Shown one piece after another: positions 23,111 through 36,965 of a stretch of DNA of 64,000 nt. Origin of the DNA: Azolla caroliniana (taxonomy: Eukaryota > Plantae > Polypodiophyta); assembly GCA_043228905.1 (NCBI GenBank), contig JBHGNT010000004.1:18290001-18354000 (forward strand), read 5' to 3'. The translations under genes and the position numbers were made by a program. Each line of letters starts with the position of its first letter. The first letter of the stretch is position 1. The notes under the pieces are model-generated. The model ran no database searches. It had not been told where the DNA came from and was given only the letters and a program-made list of their open reading frames with translations.

Positions 23111-25188
23111 ATGGCTGAATTGATGATAACCACGAGCCTCACCCATGGCCCAAGCACCCACACCTTCCTCACCCTGCCTCGCTCATTTTCTTCCAACCCT
23201 CGCTCACTCCACCGCGTCCGCCACCCCCGCCCCCGCCCGAGGCTTCTCCCCGTTTGCCAAGCTTCTTCATCCAGCCCGCTTAACTTGATCCAAGACATTA
23301 TCGGCCTCAAAAAGAAGTCAACCGACTCCGGTGCATCATCGACCACTATGGATGTCATTGCCACTGTCCGAATCCTCAAAGAAGGATTGCTCGACCTCAC
23401 CTCTCACAGTGTTAGTGATTTACTGCTACAGTCAACCAAAGTGTATCTCGTGAGCATGGACAGCATTGATCCAGGCAAAGCAGCCCTATCTTCATCTAAA
23501 ATGGAATCCATTCAACATTATATACCACACAAACTTACTATTGTGGCTAACCAATTTGAGCATTTCAAGTGGCCTTCACTATTGTATATACATACATTTA
23601 ACATTATATACCATACTTACTTACTATTGTTGCTAATCAAAGTGGCATTTAAAGTTGAGCTGGATGCTTGTTAATGTAGGTACGAAACAGGGAAAAGTGA
23701 GTCAAGGAGAATCGCTCAGCTTCGTAGTGGCGGAACTAAACTCTGAGGAGACTGACTCGGTGACGACATTGAAGTTCACGGTGCCGAAAGACTTCGGGAG
23801 ACCAGGGGCAATCCTAGTAGAAAACACACACAAAAATGAGTTCTTCTTAAAGGCCATAACGATAAAGATGCCAGACACGACGACCATACATTTCCCTTGC
23901 CATTCATGGATAGTCAATTCCACCATGGACGGGGGCAAGCCGAGGGTATTCTTCGGCAATCAGGTGAGTTGTGCCCAAGTGTGGGTTGAAGCATCAATGT
24001 GATGATGCCATTCTAATTTCAACATGTATTCATTCACATGGTGATAAGTGTGGAATGATTAACAAGTGATGGAAATTTGTTGTAGCCATACTTGCCGAGT
24101 GCGACACCGGAGGCATTGAAGAAGTTAAGAGCCACGGATTTAGAGCTTTTGAGAGGGAATGGCAAAGGAGAAAGGAAATTCGGAGAGAGAATCTATGATT
24201 ACGATATCTATAACGATCTGGGAAACCCGGACAGTAGCAAAGGTCTCGCTCGTACAAATCTAGGGGGATCGTCCGAGTTTCCATACCCCAGACGTTGTCG
24301 CACTGGTCGGCCCAAAACCAAGACTGGTAATATTCACTCGTGGCTCCATTATTTGCATTGTGTCAATCTGACAACCTTTAACACATATATAATGCTCAAT
24401 ATTCCCAACATTGAACCATTAGTTCTTCCTGATCTTGGTACATAGATCTGAAGGCCGAGGAGCCCGGTTCGTTGCTCAACACAACTTACTTACCTCGAGA
24501 CGAGAACTTTAGTGCCGAAAAATCCAATCTATTCAATGCTGCAATTCTACAAATTGTGGGACAGGACCTGATACCTGCAATTCAAAGCCTAATCACCAAC
24601 AACAACCCGTTCAAAACGTTCAATGAAATACGCGACCTATATGACAGTGATCCTAAAAACCCTAGATTGATAAACCTGGATACAACTCCCATAAATTTTC
24701 CACTACCTGGCGTCGTCGCAGGCAAGTGTTCACTTTTATTATACATTATTTTGTGGATTTATTGTAGAGTCCAAGGCAATTGCAATAAAATCTCAACTCT
24801 TAAATGATAGCGAACTTCGAATCATGGTCTATGGATCAAGAATTTGGACGGCAGAGACTTGCGGGCGCAAACCCAATGTGCATTCAAAGACTTACAGTAT
24901 GAAACTTCACAGGCTTATGTTCACAGTAATGTAGAGTAATGTAGGGGCTAAAACTTAAAACATGGACTTAGTAATTCACTTTGATAGAAGAAAAGATAGG
25001 GTGTCACTTCTTTTGATGACCTACAAAATAGAAGATTTGTCTAACTTTGTTATTTGGCCATGGCCATAAAATAATGTCAGAAATTTCCCATTGTGAGTGA
25101 ATTGGATGAAGAGGAATATGGGCCTGCAGAATCAGCTATCACAAGAAAACACATTGAGCCCTACCTGGATGGCCTCACCGTGGAACAG

Positions 25189-25219
<31 letters not shown>

Positions 25220-27817
25220 GCAACCTCTACACTTCCCACTCTAAATTTATCTGTATTTTTAAGAATTGTGGTCAACTAGAAGTAGACAACAAATTATAGA
25301 AAAAAGATTATCTTTTGTAATGGCTTTCTTAAAGCCATAGACGTTTTGGGACATAGCTACTTTATTTCAAAAGTCTTTATGAGATGTTGATACTTCTTTA
25401 TGTCAATTATCCCCGCTCAACAGGCCATATCGGAAAACAAGCTTTACATCCTTGATTACCATGATGCAATCGTGCCTTATGTTAACAAAATCAATGAAGG
25501 CAGTGGGAAACTTTACGCGTCGAGGACAATTTTCTACTTGACAAAGGTGGGCTTTATTTTGCCATTGGTAATTGAGTTGAGTCTCCCACCCAAAAAGAGA
25601 GGGGAGAAGGATGAAAAGAGAGTATTCACCATGCCACCGCCAAGTATGGTCGATTTCGAATGGAGGTTAGCCAAAGCACATGTGTCTACATTGGATTCCG
25701 GCATACACGAGCTTGTGAGCCATTGGTATGCTAATGAATGATTGTTATATTTACTTTACAAGCTAAGTCTATGAAGTACTTTTAGTTTGACACCTTTGTG
25801 GCTTGTGGACAATCTACGTAAACAATTTGTTAGGCGCACAACATATAAGATATAATGTTAGTTATTTTATCAGTATGACTTGGTTTTAGAAGTTTTTGTT
25901 TGTTATTCAGAGATCCACCCTTTAGATGATGTTCACCTAGGGTTTTCTTACATGTAGTTCAAATGAAAAAAACAAGATCTGTTTCACATATTATTCTAAG
26001 TCAATACATCATTAAATTTTAAGCTTTAACTTGATTATAATCATCTGAAACTTGAAATGCTTCTTCATAGGCTAAGAACTCATGCATGTGTGGAGCCATT
26101 TATAATCGCCACACATAGGTGTTTGAGTACCATGCATCCTTTGTATACATTTCTGCAACCTCACTTTAAGGATACCATGCACATCAATGCTTTGGCAAGG
26201 ACGGGTCTCATCAATGCAGATGGAATAATTGAGAAGAGTTTCACACCAGGCAAATATTCGATTGAGTTATCTTCGGTCATGTATAGAAGTTGGCGTTTTG
26301 ATGAGCAAGCACTTCCTAAGGACCTTATCAAAAGGTAAGATGGTCTGAAGAAGTTTTTAAATAGATTGAATTTTCTAGATTAGTTAAGGAAAAAACATTC
26401 TCAAAATTAATCGATTAAATTTCACTTCAATTAGAATCGTCAACATTTCCACTTGTATTTCCTTGTATGGTTGAATAGACATTTGGTGAGGTTTGTCAGG
26501 CTAAATGACATATTAAATATAAATATCTTGTTCCTTCAACTCATAGGGAATACAAATCCCTTGGGGTGTTGTGTAAATGTTTCATATATGAGTCGTTTAG
26601 AATCAAAATCTAGATTAGTGGACCATAATTTTGCACATTGATTCTCATTGATTCCATTTTTTGCTTTAGATGGGCATTACCTTCTCGTTTAAGTTCAAAG
26701 AACTCTAGTTAATTTGTATGGCATACTCCAATTGTGGTTGTGTAACCGTGGTAAGGAAATTTTGGTACGTTGGTGTGCAATATGACCTTTAAACCAAGAT
26801 CCAATGTGTTTTAAATGCAAAACGCACAATCATGTACATGTGAAAAGCTCAAAAAAGAAAGAGATTGACATTTGAGATTAGATGGACTTTAGAATTACCA
26901 TGGTGCCAACTATGCCTATTGTTGAGCTTGTAAACTATCCGTTATGGATTTTTGTGATCTATTGTTACAAAAATCAAAGTCAATTTTGCTTTTTGATAAC
27001 GTGCTAATGATATAATTTGTTGCTTTATATCTTAAACCATATACTATTTGATATTGATAGGGGGATGGCAGTAGAGGATCCATCATCAAGGCATGGGTTG
27101 AAGCTTTTGATACAAGACTATCCATATGCAGAAGATGGTTTAGAGGTATGGGCAGCAATCAAGCAATGGGCGACGGATTACATGGGCATATATTACAAGT
27201 CTGATGAAGCCGTGCAGGCCGATGATGAGTTGCAAGCATGGTGGCAAGAGATTCGACACATTGGTCATGGCGACCATGCGAATGCCGATTGGTGGGTAGA
27301 TATGACCACCCGAGAGGCATTGGTAGAAACTCTAACGACTATCATGTGGATAACGTCTGGACACCATGCGGCCGTGAATTTTGGGCAATATGCCTACTTT
27401 GGTTACATGCCCAACCTCCCAACAATGACAAGGCTCCTCGTCCCGGAACGAGACACACCGGAATATGCCCAAATGTTATCCAATCCTGAGGCATACTTCC
27501 TCAAGACGGTATCCTCGCAAGGTGAGGCGACACTTGTTATGGCCACAGTGGAGCTTCTAGCACAACATTTGGCTGATGAAGAGTATTTGGGGGAACGAAA
27601 TGATCCACAATGGAGTTCTGACCTTAATGCCCTTGATGCACTCAATAGATTTAGAAAGTCTCTTCTAGATGTACAGAAGCATGTGGAGGATCGTATTAAT
27701 TCTGCCACCACCCTTTCCAATCGCTCTGGTCCCACCATGCTTAATTACACTCTACTAGTGCCATCCTCTAGTGAAGGTCTCACCTTCCAAGGCATCCCAA
27801 ATAGCATATCAATATGA
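23111..27817 (+). CDS. LOX: Lipoxygenase, predicted plastid-targeted 13S-type, 9 exons, 893 aa
   Basis: Exons 23111-23474, 23680-23963, 24086-24326, 24446-24721, 24811-24896, 25081-25188, 25424-25725, 26071-26334, 27061-27817 sum to 2682 nt in frame; S/R/P-rich transit peptide, PLAT domain, [23 protein letters not shown]-terminal PNSISI; IIEKSF (13-type) and INALAR (Coffa Ala, S). Confidence 0.95.
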
Positions 27818-28079
27818 TTGTTTACAATGATACAACATCAACTATGATGACTAAACACTACATGCAAACCCTTTATGTACTTCCTTGATCCCACTTTTAC
27901 AAAATTTCCAAATATTCTAAAAATAGTGTATAATCACATGTTATGGATGGACTAAAAATGTTACTTTATTGTGTTGGTCATAGACATGTTTTTTTAGTGT
28001 TCATCCAAGTCTAACATATTGCGAAATGCACATAAGAGATCAAAACCAGCTTAGCTAACTTTTTACTTAAATTATAAGT

Positions 28080-28869
28080 GATACAAAGGTACCCATTTGG
28101 GTTGACTTAGCTAAAAAAGAGTGTGCTAAAAGGGTGGGTCGGCTTAGTTACATGCATCCTAAAAAGGGTGTGCGAAAAGGGTGGCACAAAGGAACACATG
28201 CACACCACATTTCCCCCCTAAGAGAAACAAGAGACCGAGGGGCTGGAACAAGGGCAATGGCTTGTCAAAGGAGGGGGAGCATCTGTTGGAGATAGAGCTC
28301 CCAAGTGGCAATATCCATGTTGGCAGGTTTCGAATGGACATCAATGGATTATTCTGGTGGGAAGCAAGGGTTACACCCATAGAGTGCTTGAAAAGGGTTG
28401 ATAAGTGTCAATGCCTGTACGGATGTATTGTAGGCGTGGGTGACGAAACGCAAGATTTGATCCCAGGTTTTGTTGCATGGATCGATGTAAGCAACAATCT
28501 CCTTCTTGAGGGTCTTGTTGAGGCGTTCGGTGAGGCCATTTTTCTGAGGATGGTATGGGGACTTAAGCACCTGCAAGACACCTAGTTGAGTTGCAATGAC
28601 ATTGAGGACATAACCATGGAGCTGGCGGCCCTGATCAGATAATAGTTGGACAGGGCTAGTGACGGAAAACGAGCTAACAATTGGCAGATAGAGATCAATC
28701 CCTCCTATGGACTGAGGGCCACCTGGACTTGGCTGAGGTGGGGGATAGGAGGGCTATAGGCGGATAGAGATCAATCGCCCCTGTGGACTGAGGGTGGGTC
28801 AGCTTAGGTACATGCATCCTAGAAAGGGTGTGCTAAAAGGGTGGCACAAAGGAACATATGCACACCACA
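28080..28869 (-). mobile_element. Small deleted gypsy derivative with short direct repeats and an integrase fragment
   Basis: Direct repeats 28131-28209 and 28791-28869; PPT-like tract 28210-28219; SPYHPQKNGLTERLNKTL in ORF 28349-28576; left boundary approximate. Confidence 0.7.
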
Positions 28870-29970
28870 ATATTCATAAATAGCAAAATAATATGCCCTA
28901 AAAAGCACAATATGAATTCATTTGCCTTTATACATAGCATTGGAGATGTTAGCCATGCAACAAATTATGACTCATAGAGTTACTAGTTTGGCTTATTGAA
29001 TTTCAACCATTTTAAAGATATAAAGACATCATGGTTGATTTAAGCTATAACAACATTCTAATTTATGAACATCATACTATATAGAAGCTACTATTTTGTA
29101 AGACTAAGGTTGACATGGGAAAAATCTTGACCAATGGTTGAGATGATATAATTTGTTATTGTAACTCTTTGTCTTGATAGCTTGACATCATACAAATCAA
29201 TAGAAATGCCATTACAACATTGCCTTTCACATTCCCCCCTTATTGGCTAAACTACAACTAAAAGGGGACGTTATTGATGCCCCCCCCTTTTTGCTAAACT
29301 AGCTTTAAGATGGTGTCACTTATGGCATGACACAATGATGCGAACAAAGTATATGCAACACTTCCATACTAGAATGTATTGCTAAACAACATCTACATAA
29401 AAAACACGTTGCACATCAACACTATTTATGCGTCGTATAATGATGTGCCCAAAAAGGTTTTGTTTTGCAACACATTTATTTTATTAATTTGGAATACGAA
29501 ACCGTCAATAGTGCAATAGAACAACGCCAAGGTCACCTCCTCAATTGCCAAGTATGTCTCCTCAATTAGAATTTAGGGAATTCTAAACACACCAAAATTA
29601 ACAATCATACACATACATACATGCATACATACTATTGAGAATCAAAATTAACTCTTGGGAATATATGCTTATGAAGAAAAGAACAATGTGTGAAAAGGTG
29701 CACCAACACACTTTATTGCAATCTATGTGAACTATCAAGCTACATGAAGAACTAGATTTTGATATCTAGTTATTTTTCAAGAGAAAATGTGGGCAAAGAA
29801 TATTAAATATGCTTATAACATACTTAAGTGGATCTCTATGCATAAACACCACAACAATATTTAATGTGGCAATCCCTTTAAGACTTGTATATAAAACCCC
29901 TTTCTTCCATTTTGTTCAACTGCATATTTTTAGTTGATTAATATAATTTTCTCTTTAATGCATAGGTTCT

Positions 29971-32900
29971 TGTGAAAGTTAATATGTGGGAGCTTTGACA
30001 AACCCGTTCAGCCGGATGGCAACAGAAAGAGTACAGGTTTAATGGAAACCTTACGAGACACAGATAAAGAGTGAGAGAGGGAAGAATAGCATAACTATAT
30101 TCAAAAAAAATACGTTGTACATAGGATGTGCTCAGTGAGCAGTCATTATACAAGTCCATAAGGGACTAACAGAAGTACTATGTACTTCAATGCTCATACG
30201 AGTGGCTGGCACTAACTACGAGGCCTATGATTACCTAGTAGTCTAGAAGCGTACACCTCTAAACGGCCTACTAGTACACACGTGGGTCTGGCTCCCCCAT
30301 CAGGCTCCTTATTCTGTATACTATTCAGACACCGATCCGGATACGATCTGGCTCTGGCTTATCCACTCGATTTGGATCCGGTTGAGCTTGCTCACTCAAC
30401 ACTCCCCCTCAAGCTCAACTTGAGGTCGGTGTCGCGAAAATACGACGAGGAAAGGTGAACTTGAGGCAGGACCCCGGGGCCTCTCACTAGAGGATATCAG
30501 ATTCGTACGTTTATACTTTTAAGAATTAACGGAAATCAGAAAGTTTGACAAATTTCATTAAGAAAGGAAAAGAAAAATTACAATCTATCCCAAGATTGGG
30601 ATTACAAAAGTTTTAGCTTATAGAGGTTAATAGATTAATAGGTTAAGGTTTATGAAATATGGCTTAGATAAAAATAAAAAATAAGAAATTAGGGATTATC
30701 GAGAGATAGCTTAGATATGGAAAATTAGGGTTCTTAAGTGTTATCGCGTCAATAAGGAAATTAGGGCTTATGGCTTCCATCAGAAAAATAGGGTTCTTGA
30801 GTGTTATCGCTTCGATAAGGAAATTAGGGTCTATGGCTTCGATTAGAAAAATAGGGTTCTTGAGTGTTATCGCTTCGATAAGGAAATTAGGGTCTATGGC
30901 TTCGATTAGAAAAATAGGGTTCTTGAGTGTTATCGCTTCGATAAGGAAATTAAGATTCTTGAGTGTTATCGCTTCGATAAATAAATTAGGGTTTATGGCT
31001 TCGATAAGAAAATTAGGGTTCTTGAGTGTTATGGCTTCGATAAGATAAGGGAGCCGAGAGGAAAAAAAATGGAGAAAAGAATAGAGTTGAATATATATGG
31101 GGTTCTTTGTTGATCAGCCTTGATGTTCCTTTGCATCCCCACTTTTTGTTGCATGGCCTCTACTTTTAGTTGCATGCGACGTCTTTATATTCGGCCATAT
31201 GATCAATCATCCATAAAGTTCGGCACGTGCGTAATCCGTATGTGCGTCGTGACCGAACACGCATGTGTGCAAGCATCCACCGAACCATGTGCAGTTGCAT
31301 GCGACGTCTTTATATTTGACCATATGATCAATCATCCATAAAGTTCGGGCCTTGTATAATCCGTATGTGCGTCGTGACCGAACATGCATGCGCGCGCATC
31401 CACCGAGCCGTGCTTAGTTGCATGCGATGTCTTTATATTCGGCCATATGATCAATCATCCATAAAGTTCAGCCCGTGTGTAATCCGTACGTGCGTTGCGA
31501 CCAAACACGCACACACATGCGCGTCCTTGACCAAGACGTGGACGCCTTTGTCCATGCACACGTCCCGATCGAGTAGTGGACACCTCCGTGCGCGCACACG
31601 TCCCGACCGAGCCGTGGACTCCTCCGTACACACACACGTCCTGACCGAGCCGTGCGTCATTGCCGATCAAGCTGCGACCCAAAATCAGCTCTGAGCAAAC
31701 CATCAACACAGTTCAATCGTGCTCACCTTGGTCATTCAGTGCTCCATACACAGAGATATAAAGTAATGTGTTTTGGCTCTACTTATATACCATTGGATCC
31801 GATGTTGTCCTAACTATATGGGATATCTCACAGTTTTGTTTTCCTCATCTTCTCAAACTTCATAGTCACTTAGCTTGATACTTAGTTATCCGTTTCATAT
31901 GTAGTAAAATGTGTTTGGAAGCTCTTGAAGACGTCCATCCTTCGTACTAAGCCATTTAAGCTAAGCTAAAATAATTATTTCATTACTTTTCTTATTGTGT
32001 GTAAAAATTCACACGACATCAGATCTTGGTGTTAGTGTCTAGGGCAATCGGTTCTTTCATCTGACTCCTTCTGGTGTCCTCCTACCTCATTCGCGCTCCT
32101 CATCCGGTCTAGTTCCTCTTTCCGCGATCCGTCTGGTTGTGCGCTCCTCAACCTCCTCGGATGGCATGTTTTCTCAACAGGCCCATCTTAGCCCCTTCGT
32201 TGCTGCAACTCTGGCACCGTCTTCGTTGCCCTCTAGTTCGCTTGGCCTTCAACATATTCGCCCCTTCCGAATCAAATTGTTGAACTGAATCAGTTGTCTC
32301 CGATTCCTTCCATCTCTTGTCCGAGTTGGTAGACTTGAACTCATCTTTCGTTTTCAGGCCCTTCACAACCTTGGACCATGTCTGTGTCTAGGCCTTCCTC
32401 TTCCGGTCAGCTCTATCTCTCTTGACTCTGCTGCCGTCACTGCTTTCTTCGACTTGTCCAGATGTGCTGAATCCTTCGGACGACTCGGCTTCCTTTTTCT
32501 TAATCTTGTCTCTCCTTGTCTTGCTTCTCTTTCTCTCCGGTTCCTTGTCCGGTGCCATTACCTATCTCCATTCTTCCCCTCAATTGCGGCACATCGAAAT
32601 GTTGTAGACCGAGCATCTCCGAGAAGTGCTGCAACTTGTCCGATCCGAGCGGCTTGGTGAAGATGTCAGCAACCTACCGATCCGTGTGAACATACCGAAG
32701 TTCAACCTCACCACGTAGGACCTGCTCTGGACAATGTGATAATGTATTTCTATGTGCTTTGTCTGAGCATGAAATACGGGGTTCTTAACGAGCTATGTGT
32801 TGCTTACGTTGTCACAATAGATCAGGATCGGGGTCAGTACCTTGATCCAAAGGTCTTGCAGCACCTGCCGAAGCCATATAGGTTCACAGGTGGCAATGGT

Positions 32901-35900
32901 AGCACCCTGATACTCAGCTTCCGTCCTCGACAAAGCTACAGTTGGTTGCTTTTTGTTGCTCCATGTTCCGGAGGTGGACCGGTGATCCGATGCATCACCA
33001 ACCCAGTCGACATCTGTATATCCGACTAGCATTTCAGCTATACCGTGTCGGTATAACAGACCCTTATCCTTAGTGCCACTAACATACCATAGTATCTGGT
33101 GTGCGCATTGAAGGTGCTCCACGGTTGGCTTTTGCATGAATTGACTAATCACTCCGAATGGATAACTCATGTCAGGTTGGGTGATAGTTAAGTAGATGAG
33201 GCTTCCAACAATTTATCGGAACTGTTTCTCGTTGTAAGGTGGTCCAGAGTCAGGACATAGGTTCAGGTTCCGGTTCAGGGGCGTGGAGATCAATCGACAA
33301 TCCGTCATGCCGAACTTGTACATCATATTCAGCACATAAGGTCGCTATGAGATCGATATGTTGTCAGGGGTATGGATCACCTCGATCCCTAGAAAATAAG
33401 GAAGGTCCCCCAGGTCCTTCATTTCAAATGCATCCGACAGCTGGAACTTCACTCGGCCGATTTCATCGAGCCCGGGTCCGGTGATCACTAGATCATTTAC
33501 ATATAACAAAATACATACCAGACCGTCCGGACCTTTCCGGATGAAGAATGAAGTGTTTGATTTTGAGGTCGCAAAACCCATCTTACACAACCGGTGTGTG
33601 ATTTTCGCATTCCAAGCTCGGGGGCCTTCCTTCAAACCGTAAAGCGACTTCTTGACTTCGCACACTGCTGATTTGTTCATCTCTTACAGAAATCCTAGGG
33701 GTTGGATCATATAGACTTGTTCCTATAGATCACCTTAAAGAAATGCATTCTTCACATCACTTTGGTAAAGATGCAACCCCCTTGCCGCAACGACTACTAG
33801 CACCACACACACCGTTGTCATATTCACCACCGGAACAAAGGGCTTGTCGTAGTCGATTCTGTGGGTCTGCGCGTATCCCTTCACCACTAATCGGGCCTTG
33901 TATTGGTTGACCAAATCTTCAGTATTGTATTTCACCTTATATCCCACTTACAACCGATCAGTTTGCAATGTCAAGGAGGGTCAACCAGGTCCATTTGTCG
34001 TCAGCATATAGTCCCCACATTTCGTCCTCCATTGCGGCACGCCAATTCGCATCTTTCGCCGCTTTTGCGTAGCTCTCTAGCTCACGCACTTCCGCCACTT
34101 TCATATATGTATGCATAGTTATGGGGTTTTTCGTGCGGGTCGATTAGTGTAACTTCACGTTAGTTGATTGGAAGGCGTTTGGACTTCATTCCCGAAGGCC
34201 GTCTTTGTTCTATCTAGAGTCGGATTCGCTCCAATCCGACTCCTCTCTACCGGTGGCATATTCTTGCATCATCTTCTTCCCCTTTTTGTTGCGTGTGAAC
34301 CGTCTCCTCAGGTACTGACGTGGGGAGAGCACTACAGAGTTGTCGTTGCTCGTCCGCACATCATCTTGCTGGCCCTTCCGACTTAGCGCTTCATTCGGCC
34401 TGCTCATCCGAAATGACATCGGACTCTCATGTAGAGTACCGAAGTCTTCTTCTTTTTCTATCCCTCACTGGCCTCATCCTTTGGAATTGGGTTGGAGTCG
34501 GACATCGTATCTTGTAGAGAGTACCATGATGCCGACTCATCAAATTTGACATCTCGTCTCACTCGAACTTGTTTTGTCTCGGGGTTATAGCACTTATACC
34601 CCTTCTACTCATGAGAGTAGCTAACTAATATGCATTTCTCCGACTTTGGGTCCAACTTCCTCTGTTTCTCATCCGGTACATGCACATAGGTTATGCTACC
34701 AAATATCCTAAGGGGCCTCAAAGTTCGGCTTCCGCCCGAAATACAGCTCGTGTGTTGACAACTAATCCCCAATCCGGTTTTGGATGTAGACGGCCGCTCG
34801 GACCACCTTAGCCCATTAAAACTTGGGCATGCTCTTCTCCTCCAGCATTGCCCTTTTGGCCACACCCTTTTGTTCTAGTGTGTATCTACAACTAAATTCC
34901 CATTTGTTACAGATAATTGTTGAATTGGACGGAAAAATATTATTTTCCATCTCTTGTTCAACTAGACTTTGCAAGTTCCGGAAAAAGTCAAAAAGTTCGT
35001 TTTTCCTTTCGATTAGGTAGATCCATGTGTGCCGGTTGTAGTCGTCGATGAAGTAGACAAAATATCGGCTCCAGCCAAGACTAATGTTTTGTGCCGATCT
35101 CCATACATCCAAATGTATTAGATCGAGCTTGTTACGGCTCCGGTTTCTTTTGGTCAAGAAGGGAAGTCGGTGTTGGCAGGCTTCACAAACTTGGGCCTTC
35201 CGGCCTCTGAATTCTGGCAATCCGAAAACAACTTTTTTCAATTGCATGTCTTGAAGCCTCTAGTAGTTGACGTGACCTATCTGCTTGTGCTAGAGATTGA
35301 TATTAGACTCAATCTTCTGTCTTTTGGCAAACAAGGAAGTCCCTACGTCATCGGTGTCGAGGATAAACATCCTCCTGTCCCTGCGCCCTTGCATGATTAT
35401 CCGGCCTTCTTCCTCAATGAAGCACCTGAGGTGCGTAAACTACACCTGCATCCCCTGGTCGACTATCTGCCCGACCAGCACCAGATTCTCTATGATTGTC
35501 GGAACATGTAGTACGTTCATCCACTTTCCCTTTTGTCCGTTATGGCTTAAAGGGACTTCTCCGACATGCACAATTGCGTGGGGAGTGTCGTCTCCGGTTT
35601 CAACAACTTCCGCTTGATCTGGATTTTTCAAAAATGAGAACCACTCTTCGTGGCTCATCATTTGGTTAGATGCTCCGGAGTCAACATACCACACTTCCTC
35701 CGATTTGGAAGTGATCTTCTTCATCGAGTTTAGCTTGTGCTTCATTACAAAGGTTGGCCCTTTTCTAGTCTTCCCAGTTGCGGATCCTTCTGATCCTTCA
35801 GCTAGTTCCCTTGTCCCGCCTTGTCGGATCCAGATTTATCCAAGTCAACACTCGCTTTCCAGGTGGCCTTTCTTGCCACACTACCAGCATTTTGTGTCGG

Positions 35901-36195
35901 TTTTCTGTAGTCGGTTTCCGGCGCCACCTTGACACCCCTACTTGTGGAGGGTTCAAAACTGTTGTCGGCACTATCTTTGTGCCTCCGGTTCTGCTCTTGT
36001 CGGCTGCCTACATTGCGTGCCGATCCACCTTGTCCTCCACAGCCATGGGGCCGATCCGCATCCGTGTATAGAATACGGTTGTCCGATTGAGTGGTCCTTG
36101 ACCCACTCGCATGGTTTTCGTCGACCATGAGCATCGATTGTAGGTCGAAGGACGGTGGTTTCTCCCGGCTGCAAATCACTATCTGTATTGGCCTG
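29971..36195 (-). mobile_element. Degenerate copia family C2 (gag C-terminus to 3' LTR 29971-30401)
   Basis: Protease, integrase, RT (YKARLV, SLYGLK, LLYVNDL) and RNase H fragments; PPT 30402-30410. Confidence 0.9.
30430..32018. mobile_element. Probable solo LTR with internal tandem arrays
   Basis: TGTCG...CGACA ends; TSD TCGG/TCAG rejoins the host copia; ~30-33 bp TTAGGG-containing array 30680-31050; ~130 bp x3 array 31165-31500. Confidence 0.75.
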
Positions 36196-36325
36196 TGTTG
36201 AGCGAGCAAGCTCAACCGGATCTGGATCAACTGGATATGCTAGAGCCGGATCATATCTGGATTGGTGCCTAGGTAGTATCCGAAACCAAGACCCGGATCT
36301 GGATCGGGGAGTTGGATCAGAGAGC

Positions 36326-36965
36326 TGACAGGGACTGCACGTTCCCTATGCGCAATGCTTGGCCACAACCGAGTTTAGAATCATACACAGAAAATGGGAA
36401 ATGAAAGCACGACACAATGGAGAGAAGAGTACACGGGATGTTAACGTGGAAAACCCAAAGTAGGGAAAAATCACGATAGCCCATAGACTGCAAACTATCA
36501 CTATGTCAGAATGTACAAATGGTAAAGCACCGAAGCAACGACCTCGAGCTTTCTATCTTCGCCATAGACGGCGGTTACAACAAAGGCAATGACCTCTTCC
36601 TCTCTCTCACTCTCTCTGTATATAGTTGCACGCTCTAATCTCACACCAACAAGAATGACAACAATCATACATATACATGAGTTTGCCCTAAGTCATATTT
36701 ATACTAATATGACTTTTCGACTATTTACAAATATAGCCCCGATGGCCTCTCAGGAAACATATTTACGAATATGTCCCTTCATCCGGTGAGCACTTCTCAC
36801 CGGGCCTTCACCATCCGGCTCTTGCCGGGTACTCCTCATCCGGTTCTCACCGGGTCTTCGTAGTTGGGTACTCCTCATCCGGTTCTCACCGGGTCTTTCG
36901 TAGCTGGGTACTCCTCATTTGGTTCTCACCGGGTCTTCCCATCCGGAGGGACCTGTTTCCTAACA
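36326..36965 (-). mobile_element. Solo LTR, copia family C1
   Basis: TG...CA ends, TSD AGAGC on both sides, homologous to 43249-43936. Confidence 0.9.

Noticed and set aside
25189-25216. (GT)n microsatellite starting at the LOX intron 6 donor
   Set aside because: First GT keeps the frame; common microsatellite
28870-29970. Possible gene in AT-rich spacer
   Set aside because: No ORF, exon structure or terminal repeats recognised
30770-31048. Repetitive ORF (ASIRKIGFLSVI)n
   Set aside because: By-product of a tandem repeat with unit length divisible by 3
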